This document shows positions 7,608-16,195 of a stretch of 64,000 bases of DNA, piece by piece. The stretch spans positions 4,954-68,953 of IMG/VR virus record IMGVR_UViG_3300009130_000022. The stretch is one strand, 5' to 3'. This DNA is from a virus (Duplodnaviria > Caudoviricetes). A model generated the notes under the pieces. It was not told where the DNA came from, did not search any database, and saw nothing but the letters and a program-made list of their open reading frames with translations. Made by a program: the position numbers and the translations under genes. Within the stretch, counting starts at the first letter, position 1. Every line of letters begins with the position of its first letter.

Positions 7608-7636
7608 TTGCTATGATAACCCTCCTGTGGTAAGAT
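7608..7636 (+). promoter_or_regulatory. sigma70-like promoter
   Basis: TTGCTA-17(tgataaccctcctgtgg)-TAAGAT. Confidence 0.7.
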
Positions 7637-7665
7637 ATAAAGCGTGTTAAGGAAAGGATCAGATT

Positions 7666-8583
7666 ATGGCAAGACCAAGTAAACCCCATACATCGGTGTT
7701 CGACTATGTAGTCGAGCAGAGGAAAACCTACATCCCGCACGGCGACGGTTATCGCTGGACAGGGAAGTGGAGCAATGTTCGCACGGATACGGGCGAATCA
7801 TTAGGTGACGGCATCAGCGAGCAATACGGTTTGCTCCAGAACGGGGTGCTAGTCGAGTCGTTGGAGAACGCCTTCAACGACTACAAGGAGTTGCAGGACT
7901 TCACCCGCGAAGTCTCGGTGACTGAAAACGGTGCGCGTTTCTACGGGCGGTATAGCTTCCCGAAGAACCAGCGCATTCTCACTCCTGCCGTGGGCGACTC
8001 GGTAGGTATGGTGTTCGACTTGCGGAACTCGTTTGACCGTTCCACCAAGGCAGGGCTGGGCATCGGTTCGCTTCGTTTGCTCTGCTTGAACGGCATGACC
8101 TCCACCGAGAACATGGCCTCAATCACGGCAAGGCACACCAACAAGATCAATGTTGGCACGATAAAGGATGGCATCGAAATGGCCATTGAACGCTGGGAAA
8201 ACTCCATCGACAAGATGGCCGAGTTCACCCAGAGGGAAGTCACCCAAGAACAGGGTGTCGTGATTCTGAATAACCTTGCCCAGAAGAAGGTGCTGTCGGA
8301 ATCTCTCAAGGACTCCATCGAGTTCATCTGGAACGGTCAGGTCGAGGGACTTGGCAGGGGCGGCGAAGCTGACAAGGCTCGCAATCTGTGGAACCTCTAC
8401 AACGCGACCACCGAGCATCTGACTCACCAAGTCGCGCCGAAGCGGTTCGAGTATTCTCGCAGCGTCGAGAATAAGGTTCTGTCAACCTTCACGCGCTCGC
8501 TGAAGGACAACAAGGTTTGGGATGCGCTGCTGAAGCCCGTTCCAAAAAACAAAGAGGACAAGACAGTTACAATTTCTGTCTAA
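7666..8583 (+). CDS. DUF932-family protein
   Basis: ISEQYGLLQN, ENGARFY, LRNSFDRS, LRLLCLNG, RHT, NLWNLYNATTE motifs; AAGGA RBS. Confidence 0.85.
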   Translation: MARPSKPHTSVFDYVVEQRKTYIPHGDGYRWTGKWSNVRTDTGESLGDGISEQYGLLQNGVLVESLENAFNDYKELQDFTREVSVTENGARFYGRYSFPKNQRILTPAVGDSVGMVFDLRNSFDRSTKAGLGIGSLRLLCLNGMTSTENMASITARHTNKINVGTIKDGIEMAIERWENSIDKMAEFTQREVTQEQGVVILNNLAQKKVLSESLKDSIEFIWNGQVEGLGRGGEADKARNLWNLYNATTEHLTHQVAPKRFEYSRSVENKVLSTFTRSLKDNKVWDALLKPVPKNKEDKTVTISV

Positions 8584-8595
8584 CCTCATAACGCT

Positions 8596-8630
8596 AGGGG
8601 GCGGGGCGCACGAGCCTCGCCCCTCTTTTT
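8596..8630 (+). terminator. Intrinsic terminator
   Basis: GC-rich stem followed by T5. Confidence 0.75.
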
Positions 8631-8634
8631 AAAC

Positions 8635-8829
8635 ATGACAAGATATCACAATTCTCCGAAGCGGAAATATTCCGTGACGCGCTTTGATGCGAAAAGGGTG
8701 CAGATAGCATGGCGACCCGACCAGCGAACAGCTCACGCCCTATTGTTTGAAAACCCCAATCATATAAACCTGATTCCGCAAATACTGGAAGAGGCAGGAT
8801 ACGAACGCTGCGAACGCGCCGTGTTCTAA
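8635..8829 (+). CDS. Possible hypothetical protein
   Basis: 64-aa ORF after a terminator; weak support. Confidence 0.35.
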   Translation: MTRYHNSPKRKYSVTRFDAKRVQIAWRPDQRTAHALLFENPNHINLIPQILEEAGYERCERAVF

Positions 8830-8898
8830 GTCGTTGACTGTCAATGACTTACGCGCGGGGCTGCGCGCCTCGTAAGTCTCTGATACTCAATAGCTTAC
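8826..8898. repeat. Paired-palindrome element copy 5
   Basis: CTAAGTCGTTG-ACTGT-CAATGACTTAC, core GCGCGGGGCTGC, GTAAGTCTCTG-ATACT-CAATAGCTTAC. Confidence 0.9.
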
Positions 8899-9123
8899 AA
8901 CAATTAAATGGCAAAAAAATTATTAAATTATTCTTTATATATAATACTCTACTCATTTATCTATGTATATCTGTCAACTCATTGGTATATTTACATACTT
9001 ATTTGGTGCTTATTTGAAAACTGGCAATAAACCGGCGTTTATTTATTTGGACTTATTTGATAAACTGGCAAAAACTGGCAAATATTCAATTATAATTATT
9101 TGCAATTTATTTAAAAACTGGCG
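8899..9123. repeat. AT-rich tract with AAACTGGC direct repeats
   Basis: AAACTGGC at 9018, 9062, 9072, 9115; AAACCGGC at 9029; several TTATTTG. Confidence 0.65.
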
Positions 9124-9156
9124 AAAAAAAAAGGACTCACGCTTTCGCATGAGTCC
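9124..9156 (-). terminator. Intrinsic terminator
   Basis: GGACTCATGC-GAAA-GCGTGAGTCC plus T9. Confidence 0.9.
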
Positions 9157-9178
9157 CGCAAGGTACGCCGCAGATAAT

Positions 9179-9373
9179 CTATCTGCTATTAGACGACCTT
9201 TTGACCAGCACCCTACCATCGGTAGAATTCACAAAAGTTGTGCCGATTGCCCGAGCAGATTTCCACTCCGACAGGTGTTGGTTGGTCTTCTTAAGGTATT
9301 CTACCTTATTAACCTTCATCTTCTTGTCAGCGGTTTCGCTAACTGTTACCCGATATGTCTTTGGCCTAATCAT
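9179..9373 (-). CDS. Hypothetical basic protein
   Basis: Last ORF of RuvB operon, before terminator. Confidence 0.6.
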   Translation of the reverse strand: MIRPKTYRVTVSETADKKMKVNKVEYLKKTNQHLSEWKSARAIGTTFVNSTDGRVLVKRSSNSR

Positions 9374-9391
9374 AGCACTAATTAGACTCTG

Positions 9392-10357
9392 TTAACTCAA
9401 CCAATCTTCAAGGTTTTTTAAGTAGTCTTGGCCGCGAGTTGTAAGACAACGACCTTGAGGGTCAATCTCCATCAGATTGTGCTTCTGGAGGTAGAGTTCA
9501 TGGTCGCGCTGTAAACAAGATTTACTCAATCCCAACTTTGCTGACAAATTGGTGAGGCGCGTGAATTTCTGTTCACTCAATGTTTGAAGTAAACGAATCT
9601 CGGCGCGTGATAGCCCAAGAGCAGCAATGTCCAAGGTTCGACGCAACTTCTTCCAATCATCGTAGGTGAAATTAGTTTTATCTCCCGACCTCTTTTTGCC
9701 CAAGTGCAAGCGCACCTTGTCTGCCATTTGTTGAGCCTTCCGAGCGTTGCCGCGCAATGTCGGCGCGATTTGGGAAAGCACCTTGCCTTGCCATTTCTGC
9801 TTCTCGTTGATGCCCTTCATTATCAGACCTAGTTCGTCATGGGAATAATCCTCCAAGTCGATACGCTCCATCCTGTCCATCAAGGCATGGAAAACATCTT
9901 GAGCCTCGGTAGTGGCGAAAATGAAACTCAATCTAGTAAAATCACAAACAAAAGTATAATCATCATAAGTAAATTCAGTTACATTATCTTTGTTTGGATT
10001 CAACATTGTTAACAATGCCATTGTTACATCCTTTGGCAGTTCACTACATTCATCGAACAATATAGTAGCGTCCCTGTCTACCAGATGCGGCACAACCAAG
10101 TCATTGAAGAATTGCTTGAGGTTGCTTATCGTGGCACAATTAATTTCCAGCAACGGTTTAGGCCGCCCATCCTTCGTTACAAGGTTTCTGCCAAGTGCCT
10201 TCGCAAAGACGGTCTTGCCAGTTCCTTTGGGCGCAACAAACATAATGTGCGGTATCTGGCCGCTAGATTGATACGCTTCAATGAAGAATGTTATCTTACG
10301 CTTGGCAGCGTCTTGTCCTACAAGGCTAGGGAAGTAATCAGTAGTAGTAGTTTTCAT
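9392..10357 (-). CDS. ruvB: RuvB-like AAA+ branch-migration ATPase
   Basis: Walker A APKGTGKT, Walker B ILFDE, FIFATT, LRGNAR, C-terminal winged helix ending GRCLT. Confidence 0.85.
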   Translation of the reverse strand: MKTTTTDYFPSLVGQDAAKRKITFFIEAYQSSGQIPHIMFVAPKGTGKTVFAKALGRNLVTKDGRPKPLLEINCATISNLKQFFNDLVVPHLVDRDATILFDECSELPKDVTMALLTMLNPNKDNVTEFTYDDYTFVCDFTRLSFIFATTEAQDVFHALMDRMERIDLEDYSHDELGLIMKGINEKQKWQGKVLSQIAPTLRGNARKAQQMADKVRLHLGKKRSGDKTNFTYDDWKKLRRTLDIAALGLSRAEIRLLQTLSEQKFTRLTNLSAKLGLSKSCLQRDHELYLQKHNLMEIDPQGRCLTTRGQDYLKNLEDWLS

Positions 10358-10382
10358 AAATTAACTAAAAATAAATTAAAAG

Positions 10383-10640
10383 TTATTCTTCTTCGTAGTT
10401 TTCTATCTGTATGCCTATTGCCATTCTAGGCTCATCTGGAGCATTGACTCCCTGCCTCACCAGATCATTTATACTGGCGGCATTGTTGGTCACTTTGAAT
10501 GGTTGACAGGCTAGATTAAGTGCTTCCGCATACCGTCGATTTATTATCACCGATGCGTTCTCTTTCAATACCCGATTTAATTCTAACAGGCTAATTCTAA
10601 CAAAAGACCCTGCTCCTTTTGGTCTGCCAGTTCTCGACAT
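10383..10640 (-). CDS. Small protein with AT-hook-like GRPKG motif
   Basis: MSRTGRPKGAG; leaderless start. Confidence 0.65.
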   Translation of the reverse strand: MSRTGRPKGAGSFVRISLLELNRVLKENASVIINRRYAEALNLACQPFKVTNNAASINDLVRQGVNAPDEPRMAIGIQIENYEEE

Positions 10641-10646
10641 AGGAAT

Positions 10647-10675
10647 AGCTTACAATAGGCGGGGTAACTATGCAA
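10647..10675 (-). promoter_or_regulatory. sigma70-like promoter (leaderless)
   Basis: TTGCAT-17(agttaccccgcctattg)-TAAGCT, ATG 6 nt downstream. Confidence 0.7.
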
Positions 10676-11435
10676 CAAAAAAATGAATTAAAAATGAATT
10701 AAAAGTTATATCTATGATATGTATTTAATAGCCATTTTTGAGTCTTAATGGGCTTTATTATCACTATTAAATGATTTTGACTGTTTTTGGGGTTGTTTTA
10801 GTTTCTTTAATTTGTTTTGAGATGCTTACAACGGCATATTTGGCCATATTTCGTTTACTTTTGTTCATATTTCAATCAAATTCAATAAAACTTTGGCTTT
10901 TTGGGCGGAAAAGTTCGCCACCTTCGCCTCCTAAACGGTTTTGGGCGCGTTTTTGTTAGGTTTTCTTTGTTTTTTTTGCACTAGACCGTCGCATTTATGC
11001 AAAGGGGGGGTCTGGTATATTTGGCCGCATCTGAAAAAGTGGCGGCTTATTTATCATAATTAAATAAATATAATTAAATATATGGTTTGGTATGTATTGG
11101 GTTGGTTTGGGTTGGTTTGGGATGAAGTTAATTGTAATAGTTATATTTGGATAAATAAAAATTCGCCACAACCATTACATCTCATATCAATAAAAAAAAG
11201 GAATACAATTTAATGTATTCCCTGCTTATACTCTCTAATGTATTAAAATGTTAATTCATTGAGTATTTTATTAATTCGGGGTATCAATCCCCTCCTTGGT
11301 TCGTCTGGACAAGAAACATCCAAATAACCCAAACAAAAAGAAGTCCTAGCACAAGTTCTCCCATAACGCTATAATAAGTTACTAATTACGATTTCATATA
11401 TTACAAATAAGGTTTTTGATATATTAAAAACAAAG
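10676..11435. other. Long AT-rich non-coding junction
   Basis: 760 bp without credible ORF; G7 tract 11004-11010; short tandem repeats. Confidence 0.6.
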
Positions 11436-11735
11436 TTAGCGGCGTTCTGCTTTTGCCGCAATCATTTCACATATTTCATCAACATTATCAACCGGCGCAA
11501 AAGTGCCTTCGTTATTGACTGCCCTCTTGAGCCATTCCAAATTGTATGTTACAAGCGTTTGCTGCCCTCTCTTGGTCGTGAAGGCAAGCGTCTTGACTCG
11601 CTTGTCTCTGCGAACCCGAAAGTCGCTTAAAAAGTGTTTTTGGGGCGGGGTTGCCCTGTTCTTGGAGTAGTGATGTTGGGCGCATATTTTGACCAAGTGC
11701 CGCATCCTCTCGTCCCACAAATGTTTACTGGTCAT
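11436..11735 (-). CDS. Hypothetical protein
   Basis: 99-aa ORF, coupled overlap. Confidence 0.65.
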   Translation of the reverse strand: MTSKHLWDERMRHLVKICAQHHYSKNRATPPQKHFLSDFRVRRDKRVKTLAFTTKRGQQTLVTYNLEWLKRAVNNEGTFAPVDNVDEICEMIAAKAERR

Positions 11736-12460
11736 TTCTTCATCCTTTCGTAACTGGTTGAAAGCAACTGGTTGCTTAATTCAGCTTTGATCTTTGAATC
11801 GTTTGGCAATGTTTGGACTAGCTTATCGTATAGGTCGAAGTCTTGAGCCGTCGAAACCACTTCTCTGGCAAGCTCGTTGCTAATCCTGTCCTCTGGTTCT
11901 TTGTCCACTACATCCCTTTTCCATTTTGGTAGCAGTTTGTATAGCCCTGCATATACCCAACGGTATCGGTATGCCCAATCTTCTGGCTTGGCCTTGCTCC
12001 AATGCTCTCTGACTTTGGCCATGTGTTTGTGCATGGGCAATTTAATACCAAAGTATTCGCGGAGTTCCTTGTCAACGGCTACTGCTTCTGGATCACCGTT
12101 TGTGGTTTTTCGGCGGCGGCGGCGGCGTTGTCGTTCTTCTGGCAAACGATTCACGCTTTCTCCAATAGCCTCCTTATTGACGGGAGTAACCATGTCAGAG
12201 AGGTTTTTGGCGTATTTCTCGGTTGAGGTAAGGCTTTCAAGGGGTTGGTCGCCAGTTTTAACCTTGTCTATCAAGTCTGGCAAAGAAGGATTCTTGAGAA
12301 TATCTATCTCAATAGTCCTTTTCAAATCCCCAATTAGCCAAACACCGTCACGGGATGCCATGCCTTGTTGATAAAGGCGTTGCTGAATGTCCCTGACACT
12401 TCTGGCTAGTTGGGTCACGATTTTTTTCAATAGTAGTTTGTCATTCGGATTTAAGTCCAT
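11732..12460 (-). CDS. Hypothetical protein with poly-Arg tract
   Basis: 242-aa ORF, leaderless start. Confidence 0.75.
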   Translation of the reverse strand: MDLNPNDKLLLKKIVTQLARSVRDIQQRLYQQGMASRDGVWLIGDLKRTIEIDILKNPSLPDLIDKVKTGDQPLESLTSTEKYAKNLSDMVTPVNKEAIGESVNRLPEERQRRRRRRKTTNGDPEAVAVDKELREYFGIKLPMHKHMAKVREHWSKAKPEDWAYRYRWVYAGLYKLLPKWKRDVVDKEPEDRISNELAREVVSTAQDFDLYDKLVQTLPNDSKIKAELSNQLLSTSYERMKK

Positions 12461-12466
12461 CCCTCT

Positions 12467-12495
12467 AACCTACTGCCATCGGGGTCAGGAGTCAA
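12467..12495 (-). promoter_or_regulatory. sigma70-like promoter (leaderless)
   Basis: TTGACT-17(cctgaccccgatggcag)-TAGGTT. Confidence 0.75.
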
Positions 12496-12703
12496 GAGAA
12501 ATCTCCTTGTTGTAGTGATTTAACGCATTTATCCTGTCGATAGCACCTGCTAACAAGTCAACATACTTGTCAATTTCAGTAGCAAAATCGGGATGTTCAC
12601 CGATAGCAACGGGTTTGTTAAAGTAAATCTCTAAAGTAGACATAGCAGTTTCCTTGTCTGCCATTGCCCTTGCCATTGCTGCATCATATAACTTATTATT
12701 CAT
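12485..12703 (-). CDS. Conserved phage hypothetical protein (PVAIGEHPD motif)
   Basis: Motif common in aquatic T4-like phages. Confidence 0.8.
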   Translation of the reverse strand: MNNKLYDAAMARAMADKETAMSTLEIYFNKPVAIGEHPDFATEIDKYVDLLAGAIDRINALNHYNKEISLDS

Positions 12704-12896
12704 TTTTAGTTTTCTTCCTTTGTTTCTTTTTAGAAGTCGTGGATAGTCCCAACTCCTTTAATCTCTTGTCTGCTTCTCTCTGCCATCTAGCTCTGGTTGA
12801 TTTAGAGGCATAGGTAAACGATTTACTTCTTTCGAGCAAACCGTTAATTTCTTTACTTGTCTTGGCTTGAGTTATTTTTTCTTTAAGTCCACTCAT
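12696..12896 (-). CDS. Hypothetical protein
   Basis: Coupled ORF. Confidence 0.65.
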   Translation of the reverse strand: MSGLKEKITQAKTSKEINGLLERSKSFTYASKSTRARWQREADKRLKELGLSTTSKKKQRKKTKNE

Positions 12897-13150
12897 AATG
12901 GTCTATGAACCCATTTATCGTTTTTATCGGGAGATGACGAAGTTGAATAGCCTGTTAAAGCCTCAAAACATCTAGTGATTTTAACATGGTCGTTTGTTTC
13001 CGACAAAGACGATAGCACATATTTACGAATTTCTTCTATGTCCATCAAAGACTTGCCGCTTGCTGCTAGTTCGTATTCTAGTTTTGCTTGGTCGAACATT
13101 TTAACTAACGGTATGTATAAAGATTGGAGTGGAATCACCAACATACGCAC
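12893..13150 (-). CDS. Hypothetical protein
   Basis: Coupled ORF; start uncertain. Confidence 0.55.
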   Translation of the reverse strand: MRMLVIPLQSLYIPLVKMFDQAKLEYELAASGKSLMDIEEIRKYVLSSLSETNDHVKITRCFEALTGYSTSSSPDKNDKWVHRPL

Positions 13151-13430
13151 TTACAACATTGAATTCCATATACTCATGCGCCTCTGGATAGGTCATGTCA
13201 TCCCTCTCCATCAAAACCTTGAGGCATTTATCATAGTCATAAACAGCACAAAAACCATTAGCATCGTAACCAACAATAGCATGGTCAAAGCCATCTGCAA
13301 ATAGCGCATTTTCGTTTAACTCCGCTACTTGCTCTCTCTTTGTTAGTCCCATTTTGTCGGTATCCATGTCGCTGATATACTTTTTAATTTGGGTTATATT
13401 TTGTTCTATATGCCTTGGTTTGAGTCCCAT
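13101..13430 (-). CDS. Conserved phage hypothetical protein (ADGFDHAIVG motif)
   Basis: ADGF..AI.G...AVYD...EA.EY..FN...YVG..TP family. Confidence 0.8.
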   Translation of the reverse strand: MGLKPRHIEQNITQIKKYISDMDTDKMGLTKREQVAELNENALFADGFDHAIVGYDANGFCAVYDYDKCLKVLMERDDMTYPEAHEYMEFNVVSAYVGDSTPIFIHTVS

Positions 13431-13440
13431 GATAAATTTG

Positions 13441-13737
13441 TTAATTCCAGTCTACTTCAAGAAATAAAACCCGATTGTTTTTTGTCAGATTCTTGTATCT
13501 GGTCTTAATTTCATCAGTTTTCTTTAGGTTTTCGTTGTTTTCCCAATCTTGTTCAAAAGTTTCTGGAGTGACAATATGCCAAGAGTAATCGTCTATTGCA
13601 TCCTCTCCATCTTCGCGCTTAATGTCATCAATATATTCAGAAATTTTGGCCTGACATATTTGCTTTGCCTCGTCTAGTTTAAGAAATGTATCTCCATCTC
13701 CAACTCGGCGCATCGTGTATTCGGTTGTCATTCCCAT
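13441..13737 (-). CDS. Hypothetical protein
   Basis: 98-aa acidic ORF. Confidence 0.65.
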   Translation of the reverse strand: MGMTTEYTMRRVGDGDTFLKLDEAKQICQAKISEYIDDIKREDGEDAIDDYSWHIVTPETFEQDWENNENLKKTDEIKTRYKNLTKNNRVLFLEVDWN

Positions 13738-13901
13738 TTGTTCTTCTTGCTCCCTTCGTGTTGTATGATGGCTTTAAGTTCTTTGCCTCCCATGTTGATT
13801 ACCGAATCTTCATGGAGAATGTTCTTTTGCCAGCATCTATACATTAGTTGCTGATGTTCGTTTAGTTTACTTTTTAGTTCTTTGATTTTCTTTTTGGTCA
13901 T
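13728..13901 (-). CDS. Hypothetical protein (57 aa)
   Basis: MTKKKIKELK...KNKWE fills the gap; below track cutoff. Confidence 0.55.
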   Translation of the reverse strand: MTKKKIKELKSKLNEHQQLMYRCWQKNILHEDSVINMGGKELKAIIQHEGSKKNKWE

Positions 13902-14104
13902 TACAGAACCCTAGCTAAAGCCCAAATAGCCGAAACAAATACCGCAAACAAAACAAAATACGATATTAAAACATCCATCTTAACAAATCTCTTGATATGC
14001 CCTTTAGATATTCCAAATCTCAATATCTTTTTGGCGGTTTGTTCGTCACAACCAAATCTTTCCTTGATTTCTTCGATCACCTCTCTTTTGTTCATGTTAA
14101 TCAA
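13901..14104 (-). CDS. Small membrane protein
   Basis: C-terminal hydrophobic helix. Confidence 0.6.
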   Translation of the reverse strand: MINMNKREVIEEIKERFGCDEQTAKKILRFGISKGHIKRFVKMDVLISYFVLFAVFVSAIWALARVL

Positions 14105-14164
14105 GATAATCTAATGACCATGCTGTCACTAGGCCCATCAAAGCTAAAGCAAAAACTCCTTCTA

Positions 14165-14917
14165 TCATTTTTTTACTTCTTTTAGTTTTTCTCTGGCTTC
14201 TTTGGCTTTTTTGCTGGAAGCAATTCTTTTTAAGATTTTTGAAGTATGTTCGATTTGGCCTTTTTTACGCATTGTCCTTATCAATTTGCGACTTTCGGCC
14301 AGATGATTCATACGAAACCAACTCGTTCCCTTCTTTTTCCTTGCTTTCTCCCTTTCTAATGCTTTCTCTAGTTCTTCTTTCATCCCTTCTTTGGGGTCGG
14401 AGATAGCCAGTATTCCTGTTTTGATGGGGTCTTTGTTTACTTTTTTGTTTTCATCGGCCCAATCCAGAGAAGGGTAGTGAACCTTTTCGCCTAGCTTGAA
14501 TGGCTTGTCGCAAACTTTTAGTAGCCCTTTGGATTCCTCCAATAGCCTTGCAATGGTTTCTTCATCTAGCAAACGATTCACGCTTTTGGATGGTTTGAAG
14601 TCTGAACCAAATTTACTTTCTTTACCTTTGTCGTCAACGGTTACGCATTCGTGCGCGTTTTTGTTCTTTAATCCTTTAGCGTAATCTCTTTGCTTCACGC
14701 TGCGAAACCACTCCCCTGCTTCTTCAACTGCCCCCGCTCGACCCTTGGCTTGAATCAGTCTCTCCCATACAAATTCACCATCAATCATTCTAGGGGTTGC
14801 GTGTTTAGGGCAGGGGTAAGGAGTGTCCACTTTAATATGGACGGCATAGGTTCTTAACTGCCTAGAACCGTTTTCCTCAAAAGGTTCGCTTGATAGTTGT
14901 ATCCACTCCGCTGACAT
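14165..14917 (-). CDS. Hypothetical protein
   Basis: 250-aa ORF. Confidence 0.7.
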   Translation of the reverse strand: MSAEWIQLSSEPFEENGSRQLRTYAVHIKVDTPYPCPKHATPRMIDGEFVWERLIQAKGRAGAVEEAGEWFRSVKQRDYAKGLKNKNAHECVTVDDKGKESKFGSDFKPSKSVNRLLDEETIARLLEESKGLLKVCDKPFKLGEKVHYPSLDWADENKKVNKDPIKTGILAISDPKEGMKEELEKALEREKARKKKGTSWFRMNHLAESRKLIRTMRKKGQIEHTSKILKRIASSKKAKEAREKLKEVKK

Positions 14918-15303
14918 TAAGCCATTTCCTCCACTTCTTCTCTAATGTAGTTTAATGCTTCTGTCATATCTTCTAATTTGTAGTTTGAGGGTAGTTCTCC
15001 TTGGAAGGAATAGCTGCCAGAATTACCGAATCTGTTTGAGCTAAACGGAAGGGTAACTCTTAATACCCCATCTGGATAAGTATAGTTTGAACCATTGCCC
15101 CAAGTCCTTGTTTTCATTTCGCCTTGGAAATAAGCAGTAACTAGCTTGCTTCTTTGATTGTGATACCTAACAGTAATCTTGCCACAAGGGAATTCGCTAG
15201 TTGAGCTTTTAGGAATAATGTTTTCCCTGTTAATGTTGGGATTTCTTTTAACGAGTCCATTAGATTCCCACACTACTTTACTAATTGCATTGAAGTTAGT
15301 CAT
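14917..15303 (-). CDS. Hypothetical protein
   Basis: Coupled ORF. Confidence 0.7.
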   Translation of the reverse strand: MTNFNAISKVVWESNGLVKRNPNINRENIIPKSSTSEFPCGKITVRYHNQRSKLVTAYFQGEMKTRTWGNGSNYTYPDGVLRVTLPFSSNRFGNSGSYSFQGELPSNYKLEDMTEALNYIREEVEEMA

Positions 15304-15832
15304 TGTTTTTCTCTGCGTCTTTAAGAAATTGTTCTTGTATGTTTTCCTCGACGGGAATCTCTTTGTGAATATCGCTTATCTCACCGTCTTGAATAACTGC
15401 CCTACCTTTGAAGTTCATTAACTCGTCGATGTATTCAAGTTTGAATGTCAGATTAGTTAATTTGGTTGACAATGTTTTCAAGGCCGCTATTGGAGGACTC
15501 CATGCTGTTTGGAATTCTGTCTGTATCTCGTCAAACCCATGTGGGCAACCAGCATACTCAAATAGAACATCTTTTTCGGAATCCAACGAAGTATGAAGAA
15601 CATCCCATTTAGTTCCCCAATTTTTAACTCTCCAGTTATACCAATCTGGTAAGGCTACCTCTGACGGTTTAGACATTTGGGGCGCGGGTTTGTCTACTAA
15701 TTCTTTTGGGGTTGGGTTTATCTTTTCTAAAGAGAAACCGTCTCTCATCATATCTTCTAATTCAGCGACTTCTGATTCGGCCCAATCCCATCTTGGGGTA
15801 ACTTGCAGTTTGTTGTAGCACCAGTTTGGCAT
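15296..15832 (-). CDS. DUF1281/YubB-like ferredoxin-like domain protein
   Basis: MPNWCYN, WYNWRVKNWGTKWD, FQTAWSPP motifs. Confidence 0.85.
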   Translation of the reverse strand: MPNWCYNKLQVTPRWDWAESEVAELEDMMRDGFSLEKINPTPKELVDKPAPQMSKPSEVALPDWYNWRVKNWGTKWDVLHTSLDSEKDVLFEYAGCPHGFDEIQTEFQTAWSPPIAALKTLSTKLTNLTFKLEYIDELMNFKGRAVIQDGEISDIHKEIPVEENIQEQFLKDAEKNND

Positions 15833-15937
15833 AATTTTTAATTCGTTTTTAGTTAGTCGGACGAAAAGTATTTCACAAAGTAAATCGCTGCTATAACAGC
15901 AGCAATCCAACACAACACTAACCCAACAACTTCAAGC

Positions 15938-15966
15938 ATTTTAATACGATGGGGGAGAAATGTCAA
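15938..15966 (-). promoter_or_regulatory. sigma70-like promoter
   Basis: TTGACA-17(tttctcccccatcgtat)-TAAAAT. Confidence 0.85.
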
Positions 15967-16195
15967 GTTTTTCCTCCCTTGCCGCTAGTTCCCTAATTTC
16001 ATCAAGGGATTGTTTGACTATTGTTCTGCCCCATCGGGTAGTGATGATGGTATGTGCCTGTCCTGTTATCCCATCACGCCCATCGCTTTCTATTGAAACA
16101 ACCGTATCAAGATTGAACAACATATCTTCTCTTGTTTCTGAATTAGTTACTGTTATTAGGTGCGCCATTCTTAAACATTTTGTTGGCTTATCCAA
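15941..16195 (-). CDS. FlbD/SwrD-like small protein
   Basis: LFNLDTVVSIE..HTIITT..VKQSLDEI pattern. Confidence 0.55.
   Translation of the reverse strand: MDKPTKCLRMAHLITVTNSETREDMLFNLDTVVSIESDGRDGITGQAHTIITTRWGRTIVKQSLDEIRELAAREEKLDISPPSY

Noticed and set aside
192-8898. CRISPR array interpretation of the palindromic repeats
   Set aside because: Copies are kilobases apart and degenerate, with conserved cores rather than unique spacers; no cas genes
8963-9385. 140-aa plus-strand ORF
   Set aside because: Runs through an AT-rich repeat tract, a terminator and antisense to a gene; low-complexity
10771-10959. 62-aa ORF in the non-coding junction
   Set aside because: T-rich compositional artefact with no expression signals
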